From positions 32,001-96,000 of the IMG/VR virus record IMGVR_UViG_3300037452_000118: 64,000 bases of DNA; one strand, given 5' to 3'. The DNA is from a virus. Positions 7,949 through 16,557 of this stretch are shown here, piece by piece. Below the pieces are notes generated by a model. It searched no databases. It saw nothing but the letters and a program-made list of their open reading frames with translations, and was not told where the DNA came from. The translations under genes and the position numbers were made by a program. The number at the start of each line of letters is the position of its first letter. The stretch's first letter is position 1.

Positions 7949-8917
7949 ATGCAGTGGTGTTGGAATTGTTTTTCGCATAATCCTACGGGCATCCGCTCTC
8001 TCGAGGACATCATCGAGATCGTCTCCGGCCAGCTCATCGCGCTGGGCCACACCGCGGCGTGGGACCGGACCAACGAGCACATGGTCGCGCGGGACGCCGG
8101 CATCAACATCCTCGTCGAGGGCTTCACGGAGCACCACGTCGGCATCGTCAAGCAGATGCACGAGGCCGGCGCGCGCTTCATCGTCCTCGCCACCGAGGAG
8201 CCGACCGACAAGGGCTTCAACCACGGCACGCAGAAGGAGATGGTGGAGAGGCAGCAGGTGTTCCCGCTGATCGCCCCGTACATCGAGGGCATCATCCACC
8301 TCGTCCCCGGCGACCACGTCACGCGCTGGTACTCGCAGTTCGCGCCGTCGGCCTACACCGAGCTAGGCTGGTCGCCGAAGATCATGCGGCAGAACGCGCC
8401 GATCGTCGTGAAGAACAAGGACGGCTCGCAGCGCGTCATCCCGGAGCCGGACTACGAGTTCGGCTTCTACGGCTCGCTGACCGATCGGCGGCACAAGCTG
8501 CTGAAGAAGCTGGCCAAGAGGGTCACCAACAACCCGAAGGCCATCGTGACGATGGTCGACTTCGGCACCCGGGGCAACCGCGACAACGAGATGCGCCGCG
8601 CCAAGGTCATCGTGCAGCTCCGCAAGTTCGACGAGATGGGGCTGGTGTCGTCGAGCCGCTGCAACACCGCGCTGGCCATCGGGCGGCCGGTGATCGCGGA
8701 GCCGCACGAATTGGCGAAACCGTGGGACGAAGTGATCCGCTTCTCGAAGACGCAGGAGTCCTTCATCGACGAGGCGATGGCGATGCGCGCGATGTGGCGC
8801 GGCGTCTACCAGCACCAGGTGGCCAAGTTCAAGGAGAAGTTCCCGCCGGAGGCCTGCATCGGTCGCGCGCTGGAGATCCTCGGCATCGGGCAGGAGCCGC
8901 GGAGGCTGGCGTCGTGA
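7949..8917 (+). CDS. Putative GT-B glycosyltransferase
   Basis: YEFGFYGSLTDRR and AKVIVQLR...SSSRCNTALAIGRPVIAE resemble the C-terminal nucleotide-sugar-binding lobe of GT-B enzymes. Confidence 0.65.
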   Translation: MQWCWNCFSHNPTGIRSLEDIIEIVSGQLIALGHTAAWDRTNEHMVARDAGINILVEGFTEHHVGIVKQMHEAGARFIVLATEEPTDKGFNHGTQKEMVERQQVFPLIAPYIEGIIHLVPGDHVTRWYSQFAPSAYTELGWSPKIMRQNAPIVVKNKDGSQRVIPEPDYEFGFYGSLTDRRHKLLKKLAKRVTNNPKAIVTMVDFGTRGNRDNEMRRAKVIVQLRKFDEMGLVSSSRCNTALAIGRPVIAEPHELAKPWDEVIRFSKTQESFIDEAMAMRAMWRGVYQHQVAKFKEKFPPEACIGRALEILGIGQEPRRLAS

Positions 8918-8956
8918 GAAAGCGCGCGCTTGCTTCTGCATAGTCGAGAGAAAACT

Positions 8957-9268
8957 ATGATCGATCTTGAGAGCGACGATATTCCAGAGGGCTACTTTGA
9001 GTGCGAAGATGGCGATTATTGCGACCATGAAGAATATGAAATTGACGTGTGCACCGGCCGCGCCGCATGCCAGGTTTGCGGAGCCCGATGGTGGGCAACA
9101 AAAGAACAAGTCGATGCGGAGTTAGATCGCATCGCTGACTATACGAAATGGACTGATCAAGAAAATCGCCGCGAGCGTTGGCGCGAAGTTCTTTATTGGT
9201 TATGGTGGCCGTTGCGCCAGTTACGCCGCTTTTGGCCCGAACGGCATGACGATGAAATCCCGTTCTAA
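8957..9268 (+). CDS. Hypothetical protein
   Basis: ORF with CDH..CQVC. Confidence 0.55.
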   Translation: MIDLESDDIPEGYFECEDGDYCDHEEYEIDVCTGRAACQVCGARWWATKEQVDAELDRIADYTKWTDQENRRERWREVLYWLWWPLRQLRRFWPERHDDEIPF

Positions 9269-9296
9269 GGCCGGTTAACTGAGGTCTAGCATCCCG

Positions 9297-10094
9297 ATGC
9301 CGAGGCCGCCTAAACGCGACAAAGCCTTCAAGACTGAGGTTGAATTATGCGGTGCATTTTTGGCCGCTGTTGATAATACTCAATGGACCGCATTCGCGGA
9401 AACGGCGAATTGGGACATACTTTTAGTCCGCAAGATCGACGGCTTCCAGATCGGCATCCAGGCGAAGCTGAAGCTCAACGTCGACGTTGTAAACCAGGTG
9501 ATCGAGGGCGACGATGGCTGGTTCAACACCGCCCACGCCCACCCCGACTGCTGCGCGATCCTCGTCCCCGAGGGCGACGACGGCAAGCTCGGGAAAGTGT
9601 GCGACTGCCTCGGCATCACGGTGATCAGGATGCGGTCGGCGAGCGCGGAGGGCTGGCGCGAGAGCGACTTCAAGCACAACGCCCGCTTCACGCCTGACCT
9701 GCCGCAGCCGGGGAAGTCTTGGAGTCAGGAAGCCTGGCACGACCTCGCCACGGTGAAGCGGCACAAGCTGCCGGAATACGTGCCGGACGTCGCGGCCGGC
9801 GCGCCCTCCCCGCTCCAGCTCACCGACTGGAAGATCAAGGCGATCAAGCTCGCCGTCACGCTGGAAATGAGAAAGCATCTCACCCGCCGCGACTTCGCCC
9901 ACCACGGCGTCGACCACCGCCGCTGGGTAACGCAGGGCTGGCTGAAGGTAGTCGACGGCCGCTACGTCAAGGACGCCTTCCCGAACTTCAAGAAAATGCA
10001 CCCGGTCAATTACAAGCAAATCAAAAAGGACGCGCCGAAATGGCTGCCGAAGACTCTGCTGGAGCCGGTGGCAACCCAGGCGGCGATGCTGTGA
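9297..10094 (+). CDS. Hypothetical protein, possible PD-(D/E)XK-like fold
   Basis: E...WDILLV...IGIQAK pattern; strong coding bias. Confidence 0.5.
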   Translation: MPRPPKRDKAFKTEVELCGAFLAAVDNTQWTAFAETANWDILLVRKIDGFQIGIQAKLKLNVDVVNQVIEGDDGWFNTAHAHPDCCAILVPEGDDGKLGKVCDCLGITVIRMRSASAEGWRESDFKHNARFTPDLPQPGKSWSQEAWHDLATVKRHKLPEYVPDVAAGAPSPLQLTDWKIKAIKLAVTLEMRKHLTRRDFAHHGVDHRRWVTQGWLKVVDGRYVKDAFPNFKKMHPVNYKQIKKDAPKWLPKTLLEPVATQAAML

Positions 10095-10930
10095 GCCTGA
10101 TCCGGGTTTTCCCCAGGCGCACGCGGGCGACGCCCGACGATGCCCTCGCGCGCTTCGGGCCGCCCGACCTCCTCGATGAGGCCGACGAGGTGCACGTCTC
10201 GGTCACCTTTACCTACGACAAGGCCAAGGCGGAGCAGCTCGCGGAGCAATGGCGCCACGTCGCGCCGGTCAAGATCGGCGGCGTGGCCTACGGCGACACC
10301 AGCCTGGAGTTCATCCCCGGCCGCTATCTGAGGCCCGGCTACACGATCACCTCGCGCGGCTGCCCGCGCCGCTGCTGGTTCTGCAGCGTCCCAAAGAAGT
10401 GGCCGACCGTGAACCTGCTTCCGATCTACGACGGCTGGAACGTCCTCGACGACAACCTGCTGGCCTGCGACCGCGGCCACTTCGAGAGCGTCATCGCCAT
10501 GCTCCGGCGCCAGAAACTGCCGGAGAACGGCCGCGTCGAGTTCAGCGGCGGGCTCGAGGCGCTGTCGCTGCAGGACTGGCACGTCGACATGCTGGCCAGC
10601 CTGAAGCCGCGCCCGAACTGCTTCTTCGCCTACGACCCCGGCGACGCCTTCGAGACGCTGGAGAGCGCCGCGCGCCGGATGCTCGCCGCTGGCTTCACGG
10701 CGGCGTCGCACCGGCTGCGGACCTTCGTCCTCGTCGGCTATCCCAAGGACACGCTGGCGCTCGCCGAGGCGAGGCTGCGGCAGATGACTTCCATCGGCTT
10801 TACCCCGTTCGCGATGCTGTGGAGGCCGGAGACGCCATCGCAGCAGAGATATGCGCCCGGACCGGAGTGGAAGCGGTTCCAAAAAATGTGGGCGCGACCG
10901 GCTATCATTCACGCCCAGGCGGCGGCATAG
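10091..10930 (+). CDS. Radical SAM protein
   Basis: TSRGCPRRCWFC, LDDNLL; GTG start at 10091 overlaps the previous stop. Confidence 0.85.
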   Translation: MSLIRVFPRRTRATPDDALARFGPPDLLDEADEVHVSVTFTYDKAKAEQLAEQWRHVAPVKIGGVAYGDTSLEFIPGRYLRPGYTITSRGCPRRCWFCSVPKKWPTVNLLPIYDGWNVLDDNLLACDRGHFESVIAMLRRQKLPENGRVEFSGGLEALSLQDWHVDMLASLKPRPNCFFAYDPGDAFETLESAARRMLAAGFTAASHRLRTFVLVGYPKDTLALAEARLRQMTSIGFTPFAMLWRPETPSQQRYAPGPEWKRFQKMWARPAIIHAQAAA

Positions 10931-10960
10931 TGGGCGAATCCAGTTTTCAAGAGAGCGCCG

Positions 10961-11236
10961 ATGAGCAACCGCAAGGGCCGATGCTTCCGATCACAGCGCC
11001 GCCTGAAGAGGCGCAAGGCGCGGCAGGACAAGGTTCAGCGGCGCATCGATCTTATGGCGCTCGCCGTCGAGGTCGGGGCGGTGCTGTCGCTGGTGGAGGC
11101 GATGAGGTTCTCCAATGAAAGCCTCACCGCGATGACTCGAGGGCGGCGGTCGCGCCTCCGGGATTTTTACCCGCCGCTCAACGTGACCGCCGCCATGATG
11201 AAGGCACGGCAAGCAGGAATAGGATTGCGGATATGA
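10961..11236 (+). CDS. Hypothetical protein
   Basis: Basic ORF in operon context. Confidence 0.4.
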   Translation: MSNRKGRCFRSQRRLKRRKARQDKVQRRIDLMALAVEVGAVLSLVEAMRFSNESLTAMTRGRRSRLRDFYPPLNVTAAMMKARQAGIGLRI

Positions 11237-11478
11237 CCAACGAGCAGCACGCTTGGCTTCAGGCTCACCCCGACTACACGATGATCGGCCAGGTCGGCGG
11301 CGGCATGCGCTACGTCAGGCGCGGCACGCTGAGGAAGGACGGCACCTTCGTCCCGGTCACCCGGTCCGCCCCGCTGGTCGACACCCGCGACGGCGGCTTC
11401 GGGGTCGGCGTCAAGGAGGTCGGCAGGATGGGCGCCGATCCCCGCACCGACTTCGGCCCGCGGTCGGCGGGGCGCTGA
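11233..11478 (+). CDS. Hypothetical protein
   Basis: ATGA overlap, GC3-rich codons. Confidence 0.55.
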   Translation: MTNEQHAWLQAHPDYTMIGQVGGGMRYVRRGTLRKDGTFVPVTRSAPLVDTRDGGFGVGVKEVGRMGADPRTDFGPRSAGR

Positions 11479-11480
11479 AC

Positions 11481-11729
11481 GTGGGATTGCTCGTGCGCTG
11501 CACGGACGAGGCGGCGCCCTTCCCGCGCCCGGTAATCCTCGAGCTGGCCTGCGACGGCGCCGCGCACGGCATGTTCCCCGACCATCAAACCTTCGCCGAT
11601 CCTGACGGCTTCATCGCGCAGCACTCCGCCGCGATCGCGTCGGGATGGACCGAGCGCCAAGGCCCGCAGGGCAGGACATGGATCGGCCGCTGCTGCACCG
11701 GAAAAGGAGCGCGCGATGTTCCGGTTTGA
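11481..11729 (+). CDS. Hypothetical protein
   Basis: GTG start directly after previous stop; Cys-containing. Confidence 0.45.
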   Translation: MGLLVRCTDEAAPFPRPVILELACDGAAHGMFPDHQTFADPDGFIAQHSAAIASGWTERQGPQGRTWIGRCCTGKGARDVPV

Positions 11730-11835
11730 ATGGCCGCCGCAGTTGCTCTATCGTCTCCGGCGCCACCACCGTCGAGTCGCGATCGTCGTCGACGGCCGCA
11801 TCCACGAGCTCAACCCCCACCGGAGGACGCACCTC

Positions 11836-12162
11836 ATGCTCCCAGTCACCGCCGGCCACGCCGTCGCCCTCGCCATCGCCTACCTCGACGCCAACGGCCA
11901 CAAGATGCTGACGCAGCCGACCCCGGACGGCCCGCCGTCCTGGACAGACGCCCCGAGCGCCCCCGGCATCGACACGCTGACCGTCGCCCCCGACGGGTCG
12001 AGCGCCATCCTGGCCACCAACCCCGCCGACGCCGACGGCTCCGACACCGTCGGCCTGTCCGTAACCGTCGGCGGCAAGACGTTCTCCGCGACGCTCGCCG
12101 TCGCGATCTCCGCCGCACCACAAGTCTTGAGCAGCGTGGAAATCGTCGGCACCGTCCAATAA
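11836..12162 (+). CDS. Beta-rich hypothetical protein
   Basis: SD GGAGG before ATG 11836; Ser/Thr/Val-rich. Confidence 0.55.
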   Translation: MLPVTAGHAVALAIAYLDANGHKMLTQPTPDGPPSWTDAPSAPGIDTLTVAPDGSSAILATNPADADGSDTVGLSVTVGGKTFSATLAVAISAAPQVLSSVEIVGTVQ

Positions 12163-12242
12163 TCCCGTTGCAACGAATCGTCGCCCCGTGCGACAAACGT
12201 CGCCGGTGCGAGAGAACTCCTCGAAACCGTTGGAAGTCCCCG

Positions 12243-12277
12243 CCGCCGGCAGCACCCCCTGCCGGCGGTTTGCTTTT
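12243..12277 (+). terminator. Putative intrinsic terminator
   Basis: CCGCCGGCAG-caccc(c)-CTGCCGGCGG followed by TTTGCTTTT. Confidence 0.55.
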
Positions 12278-12339
12278 GCGGATGGCATGCGGCTAAGATA
12301 GCCAATGCCGCAAAAAAATAGCCATTGGACCTGATCAAG

Positions 12340-12855
12340 ATGCCGCGCGGAGGGGCAAAGCCCGGCGAACGCCGCGGCGGTCGCAAGAAGAACTCGCTCA
12401 ACAAGGCGACGATCGCCAAGCTGCACGATGCCGCCATCGTCGAGAGGGTCGCCGCCGACATCGGCGCCGACAAGACCATGGTAGACGCCGCGCTCAAGAG
12501 GGCGCAGGCCCTGCAAGGCTTCCGCGCCAAGTACGAACTCATCGAGCTGGCGATGGTGATGAAAAACCACCTGCTCCATTTCCAGGAGGCGGCGATGGCG
12601 GCCGGACTCCCCGGCGCGAAGGGCTACAGCAAGGCGCTATGGGACGAGGTCAAGGAATGGGGCAAGTTCTACCTCGACCTCTGCGACACGGTCGCGGACT
12701 TCGGCCCCGACGCCCGCATCAAGACGATCGCGATGGTAATGGCAGCGCCGCCGGAGTCTCCGAAAGCGCAGCCTGAAAACATCCATCAGATCGAAGATGC
12801 CAACGCGGCCTCGCGCGTCTATCTGCGCGTCGTGAAGGGGGGCAAAGCCGCCTAA
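12340..12855 (+). CDS. terS: Probable terminase small subunit
   Basis: GGAKPGERRGGRKKNSLNK motif; directly upstream of terL. Confidence 0.65.
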   Translation: MPRGGAKPGERRGGRKKNSLNKATIAKLHDAAIVERVAADIGADKTMVDAALKRAQALQGFRAKYELIELAMVMKNHLLHFQEAAMAAGLPGAKGYSKALWDEVKEWGKFYLDLCDTVADFGPDARIKTIAMVMAAPPESPKAQPENIHQIEDANAASRVYLRVVKGGKAA

Positions 12856-12879
12856 CGCTCCGGGCGCGCCGAGCGCGCG

Positions 12880-14577
12880 ATGATCACCGACCCCGACTCG
12901 ATCGATTGGAAGCATCCGGATTACTCCGCCATCTTCCGGGCGCGGCTCAAGGTGCTGGAGGCGATCCGCGCCGACCCTTCGGTGCTCCCCGCCTTGAAAG
13001 AGTATTACCGTGACAACCCCGCCGATTTCATCTCAGATTGGGGCTTGACCTACGAACCCCGCAACGCCGAGCGCAACCTGCCGACCTTTATCCCGTTCAT
13101 CCTTTTCCCGCGGCAGCGGGAGTGGGTAGACTGGGTAGTGGCGCATTGGCGGGCCGGAACGCCGGGACTGACGGAGAAGTCGCGCGATTGCGGCGTCTCC
13201 TGGCTGGCGATGGCCCTGTCTTGCACGCTCTGCCTTTTCCACGAAGGCATCGCCATCGGCGTCGGCAGCCGCAAGACAGAGTACGTTGACAAAATTGGCA
13301 CCTATAAGCCGCTTCTGCCGAAGGGCCGATTGTTCGTCGAGCACCTGCCGGAGGAGTTCCGCGGCGGTTGGGTGGACTGGCGCGACGCGCCGTTCATGCG
13401 GATCACGTTCCCGCAGACGCGGTCGATCATCGGCGGCGAGGGCGGCGACGACCTCGGCCGGGGAGATCGTACGTCGCTTTTCATAGTCGACGAGTTCGCA
13501 TATTTCGAAAGGCCGGAGCTGACGGAGATGTCGCTGTCGCAGACGACGAACTGCCGCATCGACGTTTCGTCCGTCGCTGGCATGAACAATAAGTTCGCCG
13601 AGAAACGGCATAGCGGTCGCGTCGACGTCTTCATTTTCGATTGGAAAGAAGATTTTCGGAAAGACCAGGAATGGTACGACAACCTCGGCAAGCCGGAATC
13701 TGAGGGCGGCAAGGGCCTCGATCCCGTCACCATCGCGCAGGAGGTCGACCGCGACTACTCCGCCTCGGTCGAGGGCATCGTCATCCCCGGGGCGTGGGTG
13801 CGCTCGGCGATCGACGCTCATCTCAAACTAAAGGTCGAGATCACCGGCCGGCGCGGCATGTCGCTCGACGTCGCCGACGAGGGCGCCGACAAGAACGCGG
13901 CGTGCCGGTCGCAGGGCATCCTCATTGAGGGCAGCGAGGAGTGGAGCGGCAAGGGCGCCGACATCTTCGACACCGTGCAGCGGGCCTTCAACATCTGCGA
14001 CCTCTACGGTATCCCTGACTTCGACTACGATTCCGACGGGCTAGGCGCTGGCGTCCGCGGCGATGCCCGGATCATCAACGAGACGCGCCGCGCGAACGGC
14101 GCAAAGCCGATCCCGGCGCTCGGCTTCCGCAGCTCCGAGGCCGTAGTCAACCCGGACGGCATCGTCGAGGGCACCATCGGACGCGACGACGACAAGGGGC
14201 GCCTCAACAAGGATTACTTCGCTAACCGAAAAGCGCAGGGCTGGTGGTCGCTGCGGCGGCGCTTCCAGAAGATCCACCGCTGGGTAGTCGACGGCGTCAA
14301 ATGTTCGCCAGACGAGATCGTCGCGATCAGCTCGAAGTGTCCCAACCATCTCAAGCTCGTCGCCGAACTCAGCCAGCCGACCTACGCCACGAACGGCGTC
14401 GGCAAGATCGTCATCAACAAGAAGCCGGGCGGCATGAAGAGCCCGAACATGGCCGACGCCTGCATGATCCGCTTCGCCCCGAAGGACCAGCAGCCCGCCG
14501 AGTACACCGCGGAGCTGACCCAGCTGATCCGGCAGTACGGCGCCCAGCGCCAGGCCCGCCGGAACCGCGGCCGTTGA
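12880..14577 (+). CDS. terL: Terminase large subunit
   Basis: Walker A-like EKSRDCGVSW, Walker B IVDEFA, nuclease LDVADEGAD and KSPNMADA. Confidence 0.92.
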   Translation: MITDPDSIDWKHPDYSAIFRARLKVLEAIRADPSVLPALKEYYRDNPADFISDWGLTYEPRNAERNLPTFIPFILFPRQREWVDWVVAHWRAGTPGLTEKSRDCGVSWLAMALSCTLCLFHEGIAIGVGSRKTEYVDKIGTYKPLLPKGRLFVEHLPEEFRGGWVDWRDAPFMRITFPQTRSIIGGEGGDDLGRGDRTSLFIVDEFAYFERPELTEMSLSQTTNCRIDVSSVAGMNNKFAEKRHSGRVDVFIFDWKEDFRKDQEWYDNLGKPESEGGKGLDPVTIAQEVDRDYSASVEGIVIPGAWVRSAIDAHLKLKVEITGRRGMSLDVADEGADKNAACRSQGILIEGSEEWSGKGADIFDTVQRAFNICDLYGIPDFDYDSDGLGAGVRGDARIINETRRANGAKPIPALGFRSSEAVVNPDGIVEGTIGRDDDKGRLNKDYFANRKAQGWWSLRRRFQKIHRWVVDGVKCSPDEIVAISSKCPNHLKLVAELSQPTYATNGVGKIVINKKPGGMKSPNMADACMIRFAPKDQQPAEYTAELTQLIRQYGAQRQARRNRGR

Positions 14578-14641
14578 CGCGCCCTTGGTTTCGGGACACG
14601 GTGCCGTGCTCGATTTTCAAAAAAATCAAGGGGCAAATCCG

Positions 14642-14914
14642 ATGAGCGTTCCGCGCCTTCTCCGCAACGCCCGCGACGGGCTGGGCAAGTACAGCGTCTT
14701 CGACAACCGCAAGCAGAAGCCGGTGCTGCAGGACGGCCCCGGCGAGGCGAACGAGCACTTCGTCCTGATGCTCAAGGACAAATACTCGCGCGCCGCGCTG
14801 ATGGCCTACGCCGACGCGGCCGCTGCCGACGGCGAGCTGGAGTATGCCAGGGACGTGACCGATCTGGCGAACCGCGCCGGGCCGCTGCACCCGAACTGCA
14901 AGGCGCCGGACTGA
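14642..14914 (+). CDS. Hypothetical protein
   Basis: FVLMLKDKYSRAALMAYA; good coding bias. Confidence 0.6.
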   Translation: MSVPRLLRNARDGLGKYSVFDNRKQKPVLQDGPGEANEHFVLMLKDKYSRAALMAYADAAAADGELEYARDVTDLANRAGPLHPNCKAPD

Positions 14915-15054
14915 TGCGCACCGATCCCTACAAGGTCGCCGACCGGCTGACGGCGGTCTACGTCTTCGCCGGCGTCGGGATTGGCCTCGCCATCCTCGGC
15001 GGATGGGGCTACGTCGTCGTCCATTTCGCGCGCAAGTTCTGGTGAGAAACACGC

Positions 15055-15273
15055 ATGAGCGCCGACAAGCACAAGAAGAAGCAGCGGGCTTTCGAGATGC
15101 TCCGCGATCACAGGCGATGGGTGCGCCACGACGGTCCGATGTCCTTCCATTTCAGCGGAACGCCATCGGCCGCGATGCGATGGCTCGTCGAGAAAGGTCA
15201 CGCCGTCATTACCAGACGGGCTCGGCATCCGGCAGGCTTGGCGGGACGCAACGTGTTCACAGAGCTAAGTTGA
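15055..15273 (+). CDS. Hypothetical protein
   Basis: Short ORF in operon. Confidence 0.4.
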   Translation: MSADKHKKKQRAFEMLRDHRRWVRHDGPMSFHFSGTPSAAMRWLVEKGHAVITRRARHPAGLAGRNVFTELS

Positions 15274-15735
15274 ATGAACGAGATCCCGCGCCGATCCTTC
15301 CTCGCCCTGCTCGGCGCCGCCGTGGTCGCGGCGAAGCTGCCGCCGGAGCCTTTGCTGGCGACGCCGCTTCAGGCGTTCACCCCGGAGGAGATCAAGAGCG
15401 ATCCGGTCACCATCGTGCGGCGCTGGTACGTCACCCGCGTTGAGATATGTGACGGATGGGGAGGAGAGCGTTCCCGCGTGCGCCTCGTCGAGACTTTTTT
15501 CCCAGAAGACGATGCCGCCAAGTTCCCGCAGGCGCAGATTGATTACGGGGACATCATCGCCTGCTCGGTGGAGAGGCCGGTCGAGACCTACATGACGCAG
15601 GAGATGGGCCCGATCCATTTTCCGCTGCCGGCGACCGCAGAGGTCGAGATAAGTACCGGCAAAGCGATGGACCTGCAGCGGAAGATGATGGGCGGCCTCG
15701 ACCTCGTCGAGTTCGTCGGCGACGCTCCGCTTTGA
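15274..15735 (+). CDS. Hypothetical protein with Tat-like signal
   Basis: PRRSFLALLGAAVVAA. Confidence 0.6.
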   Translation: MNEIPRRSFLALLGAAVVAAKLPPEPLLATPLQAFTPEEIKSDPVTIVRRWYVTRVEICDGWGGERSRVRLVETFFPEDDAAKFPQAQIDYGDIIACSVERPVETYMTQEMGPIHFPLPATAEVEISTGKAMDLQRKMMGGLDLVEFVGDAPL

Positions 15736-16077
15736 TCCCAAAGGAGTTTCATGTGAAACAGTCGCTTGCAGGACGTTAGTATGGACAAGGCCGCACTGCC
15801 TGAAATGAGAGAAGGTCGCCCCGATGATTGGGTGGCCTCATGTGGCGTCTGTGACGAACCGTTCGCTATGCGAAACGCGGACGCCCCAGAAGGCAATCCT
15901 TATCCGCATGGGTGCTTTTGCCCAGACTGCCAAGCTCGGAAATTGATTGCGCCGGGGGTGCTGCACTGGCATCGCCGCGCGGAAAACGACTAACCGCCGA
16001 CAATCGCGCGCCGCGTGACACCTGCTTGATTCCCGGCCATACTGCGAGTCGCCTTTTCAAATCGGGGGACTAGCCTG

Positions 16078-16557
16078 ATGGCTGACCAACGGCGCGAGCG
16101 CGACAAGTCCGGCGCCGCCGCGGCGTTCGGCGTCGCGATCCTCCTCCTGCTGGCGGTCATGCTGGCTTGGTGCGGGCATCGCGTCCCGGCGGCGCTCCCG
16201 CCGGCCGCAGAGCCGCCGATCGTTGCGCCGACCCCTCCGGTTGTTGCGCCGGAACCCCCTCCCGTTGCATCGGAGCCGCCGGCCGTCGCGCAACCGGGCG
16301 AAGCGCCCCAGATGGCGCCGCAGGAAGAGCCGAAACCACCGGAACCGGCCGTTCCAGCTATGCCCCTGCCGCCAGATAGGGCCGTGGCGCCGCCGACCCC
16401 GCCAGACGCGGCGCCGCCGGCGCGGGCCACGCCAGCGGGCCCGGCGCCCGGTCGCGCCCCCGCCCCCCGCAGGCACCGGGCGCCCCGTCCCCGCGGCGAC
16501 CGCGGCTGCAGCCAAGCCTACCTGTCGATCTCCTGCCCGCAGAAGGAACGCCAATGA
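16078..16557 (+). CDS. Membrane-anchored proline-rich protein
   Basis: Hydrophobic N-terminal helix then Pro-rich tract; ATGA overlap with the portal gene. Confidence 0.55.
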   Translation: MADQRRERDKSGAAAAFGVAILLLLAVMLAWCGHRVPAALPPAAEPPIVAPTPPVVAPEPPPVASEPPAVAQPGEAPQMAPQEEPKPPEPAVPAMPLPPDRAVAPPTPPDAAPPARATPAGPAPGRAPAPRRHRAPRPRGDRGCSQAYLSISCPQKERQ

